Below are positions 19,816-30,315 of a stretch of 64,000 bases of DNA, piece by piece. This DNA comes from Ignavibacteria bacterium UBA6906 (lineage in GTDB: Bacteria > Bacteroidota > Ignavibacteria > UBA10030 > UBA6906). The notes under the pieces are model-generated. The model saw nothing but the letters and a program-made list of their open reading frames with translations, did not search any database and was not told the DNA's origin. The translations under genes were made by a program, and so were the position numbers. The stretch is from positions 12,133 through 76,132 of the forward strand of contig DKBG01000042.1 in the NCBI GenBank assembly GCA_002451155.1, in the 5' to 3' direction. Positions within the stretch are counted from its first letter, which is position 1. Each line of letters starts with the position of its first letter.

Positions 19816-20424
19816 CTACTTGATGAACCCGTCCTGCCGGAGTGAGCGGGCAACGATTTTTGTAAGTGGAATGACTATATCCGTCGCCTTCTGGGGCGCC
19901 AGAGACTCCGAGACAGCACTCCAGACAAGACGTGTACTCTTTACGTCATAGAGGTTGGATTCAACATAGAAGACTTCATCCTGCCGGATGTATGACGGCT
20001 GCAGATAGTATGTGTATGTCATCGCATAGTAGCTGTACATGCCGTAATAGTCATTCGGAAGATTGTAGAACACCTTCTCCCGGCTTTCCCGGTTGATCTC
20101 CCGGCTGATCAGGACCGCATCGATCCCGAGGGGAAGGAATTTCGATTCAAACAGTTCCGGGGTCAGCTCTTCTGTCTTTTCCATGACGTCCATGCTGCGG
20201 ATCACCGTGACCTTGTCCTTCGCGAGATCTTCCTCAAGGGTCGTTTCGAACGCACCCCGCACCCATTGATCCTTCACGACGGCCATAACGAGGAGTTTCT
20301 TGAACGGCTTCCCCGCAAAGCCCTCATCCGCCCAGCTCTTTGTAACCTGGGTGCCCGGAGAGCAGGACAGGCACCAGAACGCTGGAAGGCACAGGCATAA
20401 TGATAGAATTCTCTGTCGTTTCAT
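19816..20424 (-). CDS. lipoprotein of unknown function
   Basis: MKRQRILSLCLCLPAFWCLSCSPG carries a lipobox. Confidence 0.5.
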   Translation of the reverse strand: MKRQRILSLCLCLPAFWCLSCSPGTQVTKSWADEGFAGKPFKKLLVMAVVKDQWVRGAFETTLEEDLAKDKVTVIRSMDVMEKTEELTPELFESKFLPLGIDAVLISREINRESREKVFYNLPNDYYGMYSYYAMTYTYYLQPSYIRQDEVFYVESNLYDVKSTRLVWSAVSESLAPQKATDIVIPLTKIVARSLRQDGFIK

Positions 20425-20542
20425 CTGGTTCCCGACGGTGTAAGTAGCACGATGCAGTGAACGGAATTAGCGATCCATTCTACATACTTGGCGGGGGAAT
20501 GTCAAGCAGAGACCAGGCTGACACGCGAGCCCTCCCCTTCCA

Positions 20543-21277
20543 TCAGTCCGGAATGCTGCTGACCTCGCGGGCCGCATCATCAAGATCTTCCGGCGTATCG
20601 ATTTCGATGCACCGCAGCGGTCCCACATCGACGGCCGCGATACGGTCTCCTTCCTGGATCAGCCGTTGAAAGGCCGCTTCGTAGAAGAGATTTTCCTGAC
20701 CGTCTTTCCCAACCATCCTGTCCAGCAGGCGGTAGAGTCTCGAGACTGATTCCTGGCTGAACCGTTCGATTCCGATTGATTCTCCCGCCGCCCGGGACGG
20801 GTCGACCTCTTTCCCGATTTCCCGCACCCACACGCCCGACCCGGTCAGGACCTTGATCTCCTCCGCGCCGAGCCGGCGATCCGTGCGGAGCGCGAGAGCG
20901 TTGACGTAGGGGGCGGTCAACAGCAGCGCAACGATACGCCGGTCAAACAGAATGTCACTGTCGAGCAGGAGCATCTCATCCCCCACGACTGCCGACTTCG
21001 CAAGCCAGAGGGAGTAGATGTTGTTGGTTGCCTCGAACCGCGAATTATGGACGAACGTCACACGGAGGTCCGGAAACGATCCGGCGAGAAACGTCCGCAC
21101 ATGATCAGCGAGATAGCCGGTCACGACGACGAGATCCCGTATCCCGTTCGCGATCAGGTTGTCAACCGTACGCTCAAGAATGCTCCTGTCACCCACAGGC
21201 AGGAGGCATTTCGGAGTATCATTAGTCAAGGGGCGAAGCCGCGAGGCCACCCCGGCTGCAAGGATCAGGGCGCGCAT
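20543..21277 (-). CDS. nucleotidyltransferase (cytidylyltransferase-like, NTP_transferase family); third gene of the head-group operon
   Basis: MRALILAAGVASRLRPLTNDTPKCLLPVGDRSILERTV, the G-x-G-x-R-L/P-K signature of LicC/IspD/GlmU-type transferases. Its start shares one base with the upstream stop (TAATG). Confidence 0.75.
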   Translation of the reverse strand: MRALILAAGVASRLRPLTNDTPKCLLPVGDRSILERTVDNLIANGIRDLVVVTGYLADHVRTFLAGSFPDLRVTFVHNSRFEATNNIYSLWLAKSAVVGDEMLLLDSDILFDRRIVALLLTAPYVNALALRTDRRLGAEEIKVLTGSGVWVREIGKEVDPSRAAGESIGIERFSQESVSRLYRLLDRMVGKDGQENLFYEAAFQRLIQEGDRIAAVDVGPLRCIEIDTPEDLDDAAREVSSIPD

Positions 21278-22167
21278 TACGGTTCACTCATACCGAGACG
21301 GGAGTCAATCCCGTTCTGCACCAACTTCAGCAGAATCGCGGCGACGTTGCCGATCAGCACGATCGCCCAGAGATAGAGGTCCAAGCGGTTCACCAGCGAT
21401 GCGACAATCAGAAGACTGATTTGGGTGGTCGGGCCTAGGAACGTCCAGAAAAACATGATCCGTCTGTTTGCCCGGACAAATTCCGCACGATCCGCGCGCG
21501 GGCGCCGTGCACTCAGCTGTTTCTGCGTAATGAGCAATTGTTGCAGGCCGGAATACCGAAGATAGATCCAGAGAAGTCCTCTGAGGACTGGTTTTCTATT
21601 CTCCCGGCTGAGCAGATCATACTCGCCGTGAAGGTCGTCGAGGTCTTTCTTGAGCACGCTGGCCCGGTCACGAGTGATATCGAGATACCGGTTCCGGTAA
21701 AAGTCGAGGAGCCCCGACTGGATTGCGTTGCTCAGTGCGGCTGCCACAACACATGTCCAGAGGAGAGCAGGAGTTTCGGACCGGCTGGCATAGCCGAACC
21801 CGATGCCCAAATACACTGCAATGCTTACGATGTAGTCCGAAATGCCGTCCAGGATACGTCCGAGCCGGCTTCCGTTCGCCTTCATCCGCGCAAGCATGCC
21901 GTCCGCACAATCCAGCACGTTAAAGAGCACCAGGAGCCCCGCAGCGACCATGAACGCGGTTGGGGATTCCAGTACGTAGACCGCGCCGGCGAGGATACCC
22001 AGCATTCCCGCCAGGACGGTCACCTGGTTGGGCGTGACCGGAGTGAGGGCTGCGAGTCGGACGAGGAGAAAGGCGAGGGGACGAAAGAAGACCAGGTCAA
22101 GAATTTCCTCGACCTCGACCCCCTTCAGCGTACTCTGATACTCACGCAGCAGTGAGAGAGCCGACAC
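21277..22167 (-). CDS. CDP-alcohol phosphatidyltransferase family membrane protein
   Basis: Signature D-G-x2-A-R-x8-G-x3-D-x3-D is present as LDCADGMLARMKANGSRLGRILDGISDYIV, with multiple hydrophobic helices. Confidence 0.8.
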   Translation of the reverse strand: MSALSLLREYQSTLKGVEVEEILDLVFFRPLAFLLVRLAALTPVTPNQVTVLAGMLGILAGAVYVLESPTAFMVAAGLLVLFNVLDCADGMLARMKANGSRLGRILDGISDYIVSIAVYLGIGFGYASRSETPALLWTCVVAAALSNAIQSGLLDFYRNRYLDITRDRASVLKKDLDDLHGEYDLLSRENRKPVLRGLLWIYLRYSGLQQLLITQKQLSARRPRADRAEFVRANRRIMFFWTFLGPTTQISLLIVASLVNRLDLYLWAIVLIGNVAAILLKLVQNGIDSRLGMSEP

Positions 22168-22170
22168 GGT

Positions 22171-23214
22171 CTATCCGAAGAATTCTTGTATGGCGTTAAT
22201 CACCAGCCGGTTTTGCTCTCCCGTCCCGAGGGTAATGCGAATGTGAGAGTTGAGCAGAGGTTCGTCCATAAACTTCAACACGATTCCCCGCTTCATGCAA
22301 TGGTCCTTCAAGGGACTCTTGATTGCGTTCGGGATCTCCACAAGGATGAAGTTCGCTTCGGATCGGTACACCGTACATCCGGGGAGAGACCCGAGGTCCC
22401 GATAGTAAAGTTCCTTATCGCACCGCATCTGATCCGCCACCCGTGCATAGTAGTCGGGAGAGTCGAGGGCCGCCACCGCCACTTCTTCCGAGAGCCGGTT
22501 GAAGCCGAGATACCGATGGGACATCTTTTCGAGTTTCTTCAGGCCCTCACCCACAAAGGCGAATCCGATGCGCAGGCCTGCCAGGGCATAGTATTTTGAA
22601 AAGGTCCTGACGATAAGGATGTTGGGATATTCCTCGAGAAGCCGGCGGACCTGAAGCCGCTGACTGTTGTACCAGTACGCCTCATCGAACACAACAGGGA
22701 CGTCTTTGAGGACCCGCAGAAGGTCGTCCATCTCCTCAGGCGACATTGCATTACCGGTAGGGTTATTTGGCGAACTGATGAACACCACCCTCGGTCGTTC
22801 CCGCTCATAGACCTTCATCATACCGTCAATATCGTACGAGAACGTGTCTTTTCCCTTGATCAGGGGATATTCGATATTCACTCCTCCCACTTCGCTCGCA
22901 ATTTCCTTGTAGTACCACCAGGAATAGGAAGGAATCATAAGCTTTTCACCGGCCCCCAGAAAACAGGCAACCGCCTGTTTCAAAAGATCTTCCGCTCCGT
23001 AGCCGAGAAGGATGCCTGATTCAGGGACAGCGAACTCTTTAGCCAGCCTTTCCGTGATGATGCTTTTCACTCCCCGCGTGTGCACTCGGGTATAGAAACT
23101 CATAACGGTGTGGTCCGCCCGACGAAGCGCATCAAAACATGCTGGAGCAGGGCCGTAGTTGTTTTCGTTCCGGTCAAGATAAATTGGAGACGGTGTAGGA
23201 GGAACACCACTCAC
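22171..23214 (-). CDS. HisC-family PLP enzyme (histidinol-phosphate aminotransferase / CobD-like phospho-amino-acid decarboxylase family)
   Basis: LDRNENNYGP (compare LSSNENPLGP), FISSPNNPTGN, VVRTFSKYYALAGLRIGF (PLP lysine), length 347 aa. There is a 3-nt gap to the next gene. Confidence 0.75.
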   Translation of the reverse strand: MSGVPPTPSPIYLDRNENNYGPAPACFDALRRADHTVMSFYTRVHTRGVKSIITERLAKEFAVPESGILLGYGAEDLLKQAVACFLGAGEKLMIPSYSWWYYKEIASEVGGVNIEYPLIKGKDTFSYDIDGMMKVYERERPRVVFISSPNNPTGNAMSPEEMDDLLRVLKDVPVVFDEAYWYNSQRLQVRRLLEEYPNILIVRTFSKYYALAGLRIGFAFVGEGLKKLEKMSHRYLGFNRLSEEVAVAALDSPDYYARVADQMRCDKELYYRDLGSLPGCTVYRSEANFILVEIPNAIKSPLKDHCMKRGIVLKFMDEPLLNSHIRITLGTGEQNRLVINAIQEFFG

Positions 23215-23367
23215 TGCATCCTCATAGTCGGTGCATGATTATACGGGTTTGGGGATTTCAACAGGGCAAGAACCAGGGTGAGATCTCACCCTTTGCGCAT
23301 GTTAGAGATTCAAAATCGAAAGATTTCACCGGAAAATCAAGGATTGCGAACGCAAGGCTACGGGACT

Positions 23368-24336
23368 CTATTTGTGCATCAACAGGCGCTGTTCACCGAT
23401 TTGCAGGATGACAATGCGTTCGGTGTCGAGGCCGCGGCGTGCCGTCTCAGTCCGGAGAACTTCCAACGCTTCTCCGGGATTGTCCAGCGACTCAGTGAAC
23501 GTCTCATAATGCATCGGAACCATCCACCTCGCACCGAGTTCACTCCAGGCGTTGAGAGCGTCGGAAGGGTCGAGATGGCGGATGCGAGTGTACTCGTGAG
23601 GCTTCATCGGAGCGATCGGAAGGAGCGCGAGATCGATACGGGGGAATCTCTTTCGTGTCTCAACGAAAAGTGTTGAATCATACCCCGTATCGCCTCCAAA
23701 GTACACCGTTCTGTCACGGTACTCAATCACATATCCCGTATAGCTCTCCCGCATCCAGGCCCCGTCGATTCCGTACCGCCACCCGTTGTGAAGGACTGGA
23801 ACCGCGGTAATTCGCAGGCCGTCCCGCTCCCAGGATTGCCAGGTAGAGAGCTCGCACATGGGAAAGTCAAAATTCGGCAGATAGACCAATCCCTGCGGAG
23901 GAACGAGCAGCTGACCGACCTTCGGCTCAATCATCTCGAGCGACACGGGTGAGAGGTGGTCGATATGCATATGCGAGATCAGGACCGCATCACAATCCGG
24001 CAACGAGTCAGGGGCCAGTCCGGGCTCGACCAGCCGACGTGAGAAGAAACCGACTGTCCGGGTAAAAACCGGATCGGTGAGGATGAATTTTCCGTCGATC
24101 TGAATCAAGACCGTCGCATGCCCGATCCAGAGGACAGACAGCCCCGCGTCGCCGCGCCGCGGATTGCCAATTCTTCCCGGGATTGAATCCGTGCTCCCGA
24201 AGAATGCAGCGGTGTTCCGACCGATAGCCGAGCCGGTGGACCGAACGGCGGCACAGCCCGCAATCACACCCCCGAGGGATATCAGCAGGGCCACGAGCCC
24301 CCACCAATTTGTACCCCAAAATTTCTCGCCGTTCAT
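23368..24336 (-). CDS. metallo-beta-lactamase-fold hydrolase (Lactamase_B_2 / NAPE-PLD-like) with an N-terminal membrane anchor
   Basis: HxHxDH zinc motif LISHMHIDHL and an N-terminal TM segment WWGLVALLISLGGVIAGCAA. The start is probably an internal Met (MNGEKFW), not the listed 24384. Confidence 0.7.
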   Translation of the reverse strand: MNGEKFWGTNWWGLVALLISLGGVIAGCAAVRSTGSAIGRNTAAFFGSTDSIPGRIGNPRRGDAGLSVLWIGHATVLIQIDGKFILTDPVFTRTVGFFSRRLVEPGLAPDSLPDCDAVLISHMHIDHLSPVSLEMIEPKVGQLLVPPQGLVYLPNFDFPMCELSTWQSWERDGLRITAVPVLHNGWRYGIDGAWMRESYTGYVIEYRDRTVYFGGDTGYDSTLFVETRKRFPRIDLALLPIAPMKPHEYTRIRHLDPSDALNAWSELGARWMVPMHYETFTESLDNPGEALEVLRTETARRGLDTERIVILQIGEQRLLMHK

Positions 24337-24350
24337 TTTCCCCTTCGCAG

Positions 24351-24962
24351 TCAGAAGTATCGAAGAGCCACCGTGACGCTCCATGGTGAACCAGGGAGCC
24401 CGGGGGAATGACCCACCTGAAGGCCCACAATTCCAAAAAACAGGTAGAGCCCCGCCTCATACGCAACGCTCTGCTCTGCTCCCTGCCGGGCATACGAGCA
24501 GCCGACCGACCCGGCCAGGTCCTCGCCGAACCCGCTCAACGGTATGTAGCCTCGCAGTCCAGCACGAACGAGCCAGGGACCACCTGATGTCCCGGAGGGA
24601 AAGAAAATCTCCGGATGAACGAAGAGTTCGATCGATCCATTATACCGGATCATGGGTTCGACAACCAGAACACGCCAGTGACTGAGACGCCGATTTATTC
24701 CCAGCGAATACAGAAGCGGGGTAACCTGCCATCTCAATCCGAACCTGGTCCCTTCCCCGGATCCGAAGTACCACTCAGGGCTCGGGATCAGCTGGGCGGC
24801 CGCCCATGGGAGAGTAACCTGCACGCCCGGTGGCGTAACCCTGGCGAGGGAATCTTCACTCTGTTCCCTGCCTTGCGATCTGGCTTCCGCTACAGGTCCT
24901 CCACTGCAGACAGCGCAGAGAAGAATTGCCAGAAAGACCGGAAACGAATTGCGGGGGAGCAC
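24351..24962 (-). CDS. hypothetical secreted/outer-membrane protein
   Basis: Signal peptide MLPRNSFPVFLAILLCAVCSG, a C-terminal ...VALRYF, and aromatic/Gly-rich composition. Confidence 0.45.
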   Translation of the reverse strand: MLPRNSFPVFLAILLCAVCSGGPVAEARSQGREQSEDSLARVTPPGVQVTLPWAAAQLIPSPEWYFGSGEGTRFGLRWQVTPLLYSLGINRRLSHWRVLVVEPMIRYNGSIELFVHPEIFFPSGTSGGPWLVRAGLRGYIPLSGFGEDLAGSVGCSYARQGAEQSVAYEAGLYLFFGIVGLQVGHSPGLPGSPWSVTVALRYF

Positions 24963-25134
24963 ACACGCCTCACGACGGATTCAAACACGGCCAAAAGAAG
25001 AGTTGCGTTACGATAACTTAGAAATTGAACGATTGAAAGTAAAGACAGATCACAGGCCTCGGCATCCTGATACCGCGCATTGAAACTGATGTACGGAACC
25101 CCTATTATTCATCGATTTCATCCCCTGAATCTGA

Positions 25135-28100
25135 GTGACTCCAGAACACGACAACATCACCCGGCAACCCGCACGAAGACTCCGAACCAACGTCATTCGG
25201 GCTTCAGGCAGGTTCATACGGCGGTTTCTGATAGGGACAGCGCTATTCATCCTCCTTCTTGGGATCCTGTTGCAGATCCCGCCGGTTTCCTTGCTGGTGG
25301 CCCGCTCGGTGTTGAACCTCGTCAACCCCTGGCCCGGGACCGTGGCGTCGATTGGCTCGGCCGGAGGCAGCTGGTTTTCTTCCCTCTCGCTCACGAACAT
25401 CCGAATCGCAAGTGCCTCGGATTCGCTGTTCATCTCGATTGACACCCTGCGGGCCTCGTATGACCTGAGCGCGTTGCTCGGCGGCACGCTCCATTTTCGG
25501 CAGCTCTCCATATCCCGTCCGACCGTCAGAACCCGTCTCCTTCCGGGAGGGAACCTGGTCCTCCTTCAACCGTTTGCCTCATCGGACACAGCCAGCCAGG
25601 ACACATCCGAGGGGCTCAGAGTCCGCGGCGATACTCTTCAACTGACAAACGGCGAGTGCACACTGTTGTTCCCTTCCGACACGACATTCCGACAAATCGA
25701 GGTTCATGATATTCACCTTCGGGGCGATTCCATCCTGATCGGGGGCGGCATTACAGCCTCCATAGATACTCTCCACTGCCGCGCGGCGATTGAGGGCCAG
25801 CGCGCGGGCGAATTTCGGGTCGACGCCGCAGGCACCCTTTCCGGGAGTTCACTTGATGTCCGTTCGCTCTCGATTGCGTCCGCGAGAAGCCGGATCGTCG
25901 GGAGGGGGTACGTTCCTCTGCCTTTTTCGCCGGTCCATTCCCTCCCCGGTACGAACCTCAGGCTCTCAGCCTCGCCCGTCTCGTACGCGGATCTTCACCT
26001 TCTTCTTCCCGGATTCGGACCAGAGGGAGAAGCCCGGGTCGATCTCGGAATCGCTGGAAACGGTGATTCGTCGTTCACCAACCTCACCCTCACGTTCCCC
26101 GGCGGGGGAAACATCGGGCTGACCGGGAAAGCCCGTGCGATGCCAGGCAGAATTCTTGCGCTGGACTTCACGGGTGCGAGCGAGAGGTTCAGTCCGTCAA
26201 GTCTCACCGGACCGCCGGATACCTCTGAATCGCTCCGGAGCAGGTTCAGAGTCATCGGCGCCGGGAGTTCTCCTGCTGATTTTTCCGGTTCAGCCAATGT
26301 TGAGGTGCTCCCCTCTCGTGTCGCGGACATGGGACCGGTCGAGGGGACACTGAACGCAGAGGCCCGTCAGGGCAACATCCGCGCGACAGTTCGAGGGGAC
26401 GTGGGCCCGATTCTGCTCAATGCCGACGTGCGCCTCACAACGTTCGATCCGGTTCCTGAATATGCCGTTAAGGGTACACTCACCATTCTCCATTCAGACA
26501 ATCCTGAGAATCTGCTCGAACGCCTGGGGGGGCTTGTATCAGAGTTCTCCCTTTCCGGCAGGGGATTTGACCCCGATTCAGCCCGGGCACATGCAACCCT
26601 GAAAGGGACGTGGAGTGCAAACCCCTACTGCACTTCCCTTCTGGTCCAGGGAACTTTTGTCTGCGACACCCTGCGTGCGAGCGGAGAACTTGGTACCGGA
26701 ACTGGCTTTGTGCGAACGACTGCCGAGGCAATTGTGAGAGAAGTTCCTCTCTACAGGATCCGTGTCCCCGAGTTCCGGACCATCTCGCTTGCCGTCTTTG
26801 GGAGCACGATCCCTGCTACGAGTCTAACAGGATCACTCCAGGCTGAAGTCTCGGGAGCATCGCTTGCCGAGCTGACCGGAACGGCATCACTCAGACTCGA
26901 TTCTTCACATTTCGCGAGCATTTCAGTGCAGGACCTGCGCACAGATATCACGATCGAACACGGACAGGTCCGGGCCACCGCGTCTGCCGCGAGTGACGCC
27001 GGCGCGATTTCGTTTCAGTGCGTGGCTGATCCCTTTGCAGCCTCCCCGTTTCTGACTCTCGAGGAATCAATGTTCCGGGGCATTGATCTCGGAAAGATTC
27101 TCGGAACGGACGATCTGTCAAGCGATCTGAACGGGAGCGTACAGATCCATGCTGAGGCCAGATCGATGCGTGATCTCTCCCTCGTACTGGATGGTTCGCT
27201 GCAGGACGGAGGAGGGGCAGTACAGGCCGGCGCGCGGGTATCGCTTGACAGCTCGACGGTCAACCGGCAGAAGATACGAGATGCAACGATCGCAATGACG
27301 CTTCTGGACGGAAGCCTTGAAACGTCCGTTGAAATCCGGACCCCAGATGGTGGGTTGACAGGACACGCACACGCGCGGCCTTTTGACCAGACTCCCTCAC
27401 TCTCGGTTCCGGCCTTGCATCTGAACCATCTTGATATCGGGGCCCTGACCGGCCGGAACGGCCTGCGCACCGATCTCACGGGCACACTCGCAGGGGCACT
27501 CCAGGGGGAATTGATTGAGAGCGCGACCGGGAACCTCTCGGTTGACCTCCTGAATTCGACAGTCAATGCTGCCACGCTGCAACGGGGCTCGCTTCAGGCC
27601 ACGATGGAGGGTGGGCCCCTGTCAGTTCACGGCAGAGCGGACTTCACAGAAGGCCGCGTGGCCCTTGAAGCCACCGGCCGCGTGACCCGGGGAGGCATGC
27701 GCGGGAAACTCTCCCTCGATATTTCCTCCAGCAATTTCGCGCCCCTGCTTGACGCCGACAGTCTTTTCCCATCAGCGCTCGTCGTGCGCGGTTTGCTCGA
27801 GGGAACCTGGGGGCCCCCGGCAGAAACGGATTTCAGGGCAACCCTCCTTGGACGTGGTTCATATCACGATTTCAAGGTCGACACGCTCGTCTGCGGGCTT
27901 TCGGTTCACGGGCGCACAATCGTAATCGATACGGCGCAGCTCATCACAAACGTCGGATCTCTTACGGCAGAGGGAACTCTTGTGTCCTTCGATTCGATGT
28001 CCAGTTCGTACTCGGATCTTTCGTTCTCTGCTTCCGCATCATCGTTCCAGCCACTTGAGCATATTTTGGGAATCCCCCCGACACTTTTGCGCAGCGCAAC

Positions 28101-30312
28101 CGTGTCGCTCCACGCTTCCGGGCCACCGGAGATGACGGAGATTCAGTGAGCTGCCGATCTTGACATCGCCGCAGCTGGTGACCTGGCAATAACTTCCTTG
28201 CAGGCGTCAATGGACGGGCGATTCGGGCCCTCTCTGAAACTCGAATCAGTACAAGGGAACGCGGAACTCAGCGGTTTCCAGTACGGTGCGTTCGCCCTGG
28301 AAAATGCGTCAGTCACGCTCCACACGATCGAAGGCAGGCATGAGATCGCAGCGTTGATCCGGTTCGACAGGCATTTCTCCGTAAGCCTGGGCGGGACTGC
28401 TTACACGGACCCCGACAGCGTGACGGTCCGTATCGATTCTCTTGTTGCCCGTAGTCTTGACCAGACATGGGTTCTTGAGCGGCCGGCAACGATTTCGTAT
28501 GGGGCGCGGTTTATTGTCCGGGACTTCGCTCTTCATGCCGGGTCAAGGGACCTCATAATCGATGGCATTCTCGACCCACAGGGCGAGCAGAATTTTACGG
28601 TCGTAGCGGATTCGATGAACCTGGGAAATTTTGCAAAGGTGTTCGGGCGCACGGACCTTGAGGGCTTGCTGTTTGCCAACCTACGAATCGAGGGTCCGGC
28701 TGGCGGAGCCCATGCGTCGGGCCGGATCTCGGCCCGGGTCCGGGAAGCCGGACGGCCTATAGGGGACTTCTTGGCAAACCTGGACTGGCACAGACAGGTG
28801 CTGTCCATCGATGGGAAGATCGACCAACCCGGCGGGGGAATCCTGACCATCTCCGCAATGCTGCCGGTCGAACTTTCTCTCCGTGGCGCTGCGGCGGAAG
28901 GGAACCCGGAGTCGACTCAGACAAAGGGAGACGGATCAGTCGACGTGTTGTTGACTGCGGACAGATTCAATTTCAACTTTCTCAGGCCATTTCTCTCTTC
29001 CCGATCGATCAGCTCGCTCGAGGGAATCCTTACTGCGAACATCCACGCGACGGGATCACTCGGCTCTCTTATGGCGACGGGTGGAGCATCGATTGACAGC
29101 GGCCGCATTGGCATCTCCCCTCTGGGAGTAGTGTATAGTGCCGTCCGGCTGCGATGTACCGCTCAGGGCAGAGAACTCCGTATCGAGAATGCAGAGGCCG
29201 CATCTGGGGAGGGGACTCTCCGTTGGAGCGGAACGCTGGATCTGGATGATCCTATGGACCCCAAAATGAACCTCGAGATTGCCGCGCAGCAATTCCTTGC
29301 CGCCCAGACTCCGGTCACGAAGGCAAACCTCTCGGGGTCATTACAGGTGGAAGGCACGGTGTCGGCGCCGACAATAACGGGCAGTCTGCTGATTAATGAA
29401 TCCTATTTTGTCATTCCCGAAACCATAGGGAGCAGCAGCGTGGAAGCCGTCAACCTGACTGCGGACGATTATGCAATGCTGGCAGAGCATTTCGGGTACA
29501 GACCACGCGTTGTTGCTCCCCGGCATGAGCCGTCCACGGTCGAGCCGACGCTCGACCTCACACTCGAAATTGCGCAGAACACGTGGATACGCAAGCGCAT
29601 CAATCCTACACTCGCAATCGAACTCAATGGGCGCGTCCGGGTCCTGCGAAGTCCGGGGCAGCCCATACGTCTTAGCGGCACACTGAGGCCAGTGACCGGG
29701 CGGAGTTACGTCGGACAATTCGGACGGCAGTTTGAGATTACGGGAGGCGAAATCGTCTTTGGGGGGATACCGCAGGACCTCGAATTGCACATTGATTCCG
29801 AATACAAAGTCCCTTCCAAAGGCGGATCCGGTCTTTCCGAGGTTGTGATCCGGATGAAGGTGCAGAGCAGACTTGGCCGGTTCACCTTCTCGCTGACCTC
29901 CGATCCCGCAATGGACGAGTCAGAGATCCTCTCCTATCTTACAACGGGCCAATCCCGGGCGGGCGCGCTCGCTAACACGGCAGACCAGGGTGGGCTTGCC
30001 GGAGCCATGGCACTGGAGCAGCTGGTGGGCGTTGCAGGAGGTCTCACGGAGGGCTCAGTCCCGATCGATGTGTTCCAGATCCGCCAGGATGGGGCGAGGG
30101 GAATTACAATTGTTGCCGGGAATTATGTAAATCCGAAGACGTACATGGGAATCCGTCAGCCCATTCTCATCAATCAGGGAACGCAGGAAACGTACTACGA
30201 CACGCGGACTCAGTTTGAGCTGGAATATGAAGCGCAGCCCTGGCTGTTTCTGAACTTCCAGGGCGGAAGCAGCCGACTGCTCCTGTTCCTCAAAGCCCGA
30301 CACGCGTACTGA
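25135..30312 (+). CDS. tamB: translocation and assembly module protein TamB (DUF490 C-terminus), interrupted by one in-frame TGA at 28147-28149; a possible pseudogene or recoding site
   Basis: N-terminal TM anchor (FLIGTALFILLLGILLQIP) and a long beta-rich repetitive body. The two listed ORFs, 25135-28149 and 28198-30312, are in the same frame and separated only by TGA. Translation reads straight through as ...PEMTEIQ*AADLDIAAAGDLAITSLQASMDG... The second ORF has no Shine-Dalgarno sequence and a TTG start. Confidence 0.7.
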
Positions 30313-30315
30313 GCC

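Noticed and set aside
28147-28149. Selenocysteine or genome-wide UGA reassignment as the explanation for the tamB UGA
   Set aside because: UGA terminates several well-supported genes in this window (for example 4242-4244), and TamB has no redox function that would need Sec. Recoding is kept only as a low-probability local hypothesis.
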